DNA from: Raillietiella orientalis
Taxonomy: Eukaryota
NCBI GenBank assembly: GCA_036172245.1
Contig: JAYWIR010000047.1
Span: 434,001 to 498,000 of the forward strand
DNA: 64,000 nt
Direction of reading: 5' to 3'
The notes under the pieces are model-generated. The model saw nothing but the letters and a program-made list of their open reading frames with translations, searched no databases and was not told the origin of the DNA. The number at the start of each line of letters is the position of its first letter. Within the stretch, counting starts at the first letter, position 1. A program made the translations under genes and the position numbers. Below are positions 61,094 to 64,000 of this stretch, piece by piece.

Positions 61094-64000
61094 GAGGCAA
61101 GACCGAGGTGAAATCCCCACCTTGAGCTTCAATCTTCAAAAGCAGAATCGGTGCTCTTAAGCGCTGAGTGGTAGTACAACTGAGAACGCATTTATGAAGC
61201 AATCATTGCGTGTGTTCTCAAAGACAGGTGATTCATTTAGTCTGAAGCCTCAGGCGAGAGCAAGACTTAGCTCACTGGAGGATGCAGCAAGATGTAACAT
61301 TGAAGCGTTGCTAAAGACCCCCTGAATCAAGACTTCAAAGGCTAAGACAGAAGTTTTAAAATCTTTAGGGAATTCAATTTGTGGGTATAAAACTGTATAA
61401 ATCTTCAATTTATTTCCATCATTTTTTTAATATAAGTGTACCTAATCGATTATTATTAATACCACGCATTTACATTTTGTATTTTGTAACACACATGTAT
61501 ATTTGGTATTTATGATCTTCAGAACAGAATTCAGATACGCTTTGATTTATCGATATCGCAAATGTATAGAATATCGAAAAATGCATGCTTTTCCATAATA
61601 CAGTGCTCACGCTAGAAAAAATGCAGAAAAAATATGGCATTCATAAGAATTATTAAAAACTAATTAAAGGGAAATAAGAATCACGATTTATAGTTTTTGG
61701 TATGTGTACACATATATGTGTGTGTACACGTACTGTTTAACATAATAAACAAAATAGGACGAAGTTGGAAAATGGAGTGGAATACTTTGTTGCAAAAGCT
61801 ATTATAAGGGTAGCAATCACTAAGAATTGTTATAATTTGAATAATACATTTGATAACTAGGAATGATACTATCAACAAATGAAGTTTCAAGTTTTAACGA
61901 CTGATTTCATGAATTATAACAAGATAGATGATAATCGAATGAATAATATTGTAATAAAATAAATTGTAAGAAAAATTAGAAAGGTAGAGGAATCATTTTG
62001 TCACTTGTTGTGAGTGAACAGAACATTAAGCGTAGCAATCTCTCCAAGATAGTGCTGTCAGGAAGTTCAATGATTTCTGGGTCAGGACAACCACATAAAT
62101 TCTGTACTGTTCATCTTTAGGCATAAGAATGGTATTACATGCCTTAGAATGAAACGAGGTGTAAGTAACTTTTCAAGTAACTTGGATGAAACCTCCTCGT
62201 AATGATAGAATTTGAGGCAGCAATATGGAAAAATGATAAGTGATGTAAGGAAGTGATGCTCATGATCCTAGAAGCAGTTTCTATTGGTTTCTGGCTTCTA
62301 GGGGAATCATTACTATGAATTACCTACGGGAGCCATGTACTGTAATTATGGGAACATTGTTCGTGAAGAGCAATGGAAACAAACGCGAAGAGCAGCTTCA
62401 GTTTCGATGAGAAATTCCTTTATTATTTTTTTTCTGAAAGTCCTTAAGAGATGCGGGGTCTGCGGTGCTAGTTTGATCTCCTTGAGGAAAACTTGGCTGA
62501 ACTTTTGAGTCCGAATGCATCAGTCAGATCTTCACTTGTATAATGGCGAGGATTTAGATCAGTTTTCAAACAATGTTCTTCTGTCACAGAGATATCCATA
62601 CTGCTGTAACTATTATATAGTTACCTCTCTCCATAAAAAGATAGCTTAGTTTTCATTTGTTTGTTCGTTCTGTCAGATACTGCTGTAGGTAGTAACCGCA
62701 TGGCAGTCTCACACTTCAGTGTAGGGAATTCAACTTAAACTCATTGGTAGCAAAGGATATCATGGTTTTGATCGGAAGAAGGTAGCAAAATGATTACAGA
62801 AATTGAGAAACTCAAGCTCCAATTAGAAGGCAAAAATAAGCAAAAATACTTTGATCACCATGAATAGAAGGAAAAAAAACGGAATTAAAGGGCTTCCACT
62901 TCACAAGACGTCTTCGATTCAAGTAGAATGCAGTTCAAGTTCAGAATAGTGCAAATTCATTTGTTTTAGACCTGTTCATCCATTCATCAAACCAATTGGG
63001 TTGCATGATTCTCATATCCATTTCAGTCTCTCAAATCATCACTGAGGTTGCGTTGCATCAATGAGGTCTTGAAAGCCACTTCAACTTTGGCAATATAACT
63101 AAGATCTTTTATGCTATTTAGCTTTTGACAAGTTTTCGATTAGAATTTTGGTAGACTACACTTTAGTATTTAACCTCAAAGGTAAGGCCATGATGCCTAG
63201 TGTGGCTCTAGGATCCCAGAATGCTCAAATATTTCTCTTTTTCATTTAGCACTCCATAAATCAGATTGAAGAATAATTACGATTTTTCCATTTAGTTTAG
63301 AAAACTGCAACTTGAAGAAACATCTCCAGTCAGGCTCAAAAATGCTTTCATATACACTTTTTTTGTTCAACTATTCAGATCTAACTATAAGTTTATCTTA
63401 TTTCATGTTTTTCCTCTGTCAATAGTATTTGTAAGTTCTCTATAACCATCTATGTGGAAATCAGGAATCCCAAGCAAGTCACGCTCTAAAACTAAAAGTT
63501 CGTTTCTCATTAACATTCAAAAGGTAGGAAGTCATGTGGAAATTTATTACCCAGGAGCAACTGAACATTGTCCAACTAGAGGTTAAGCGCTATGCCATGA
63601 AGTGCATTTATTTAAGGGCTCTGTATCCCAATGGAGAAGGTAATTTATTCGAAGGCGGGTTTCGAAGAGCGTCCTCTAAGGGTCACTGCTTTATACTCTT
63701 AAAATCGCGTTGGGCAGGTATTTGTTGCCACTACAGCTAATAGTACCTCATCCTTATAATTGGAAACGAAGGTTCTTCTCATACAACAGGAGAGCCTCGC
63801 AAAGTAGTATTCGCAACCGATCTGAGGAGAAAGATCAAGAATTGAATAAGCGACATATGCAGATATCAAGTCGATAAAAGTAGCAAATGTATGTGTTCTT
63901 AAACGAAGTTGAAATTCCGTAAGCAATTGGATGCAAGTAAGGAATTCTCGGATCAGATTTACGGGATTCCGTTTTGAAGATAGCTTGCTTTAAAATGAGA

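Noticed and set aside
1..64000. CRISPR arrays, rRNA genes, prokaryotic operons
   Set aside because: I saw no regularly spaced direct repeats, rRNA signatures or dense intronless gene runs; the genes are spliceosomal.

Overview
Eukaryotic genomic DNA, most likely invertebrate/arthropod. AT-rich gene-bearing flanks (about 1-10 kb and 56-64 kb) surround a roughly 46 kb GC-rich block packed with heavily decayed L1/Tx1-type non-LTR retrotransposon fragments in both orientations. Spliced genes I could reconstruct by hand: a UPF0449/C19orf25-like gene (+, 3 exons), LSM10 (-, single coding exon), a signal-peptide FAS1/fasciclin-domain gene (-, two coding exons found, GC donor, 3' part not located), a 151-aa secreted Thr-rich protein with an RRKRR site (-, 3 exons), and a PinX1-like G-patch gene (-, 5 exons). 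Also present: a hAT MITE with a perfect 8-bp TSD, an internally deleted piggyBac, three copies of a long tRNA-headed SINE-like element rich in UUCG hairpins, and a short fragment of a bacterial-type Fe/Mn-SOD gene that resembles Wolbachia/Rickettsiales SodB (possible endosymbiont gene transfer). Most ORFs in the track for 10-56 kb are by-products of GC-rich repeat debris. Family assignments come from motif recognition from memory, not database searches, and repeat boundaries are approximate.
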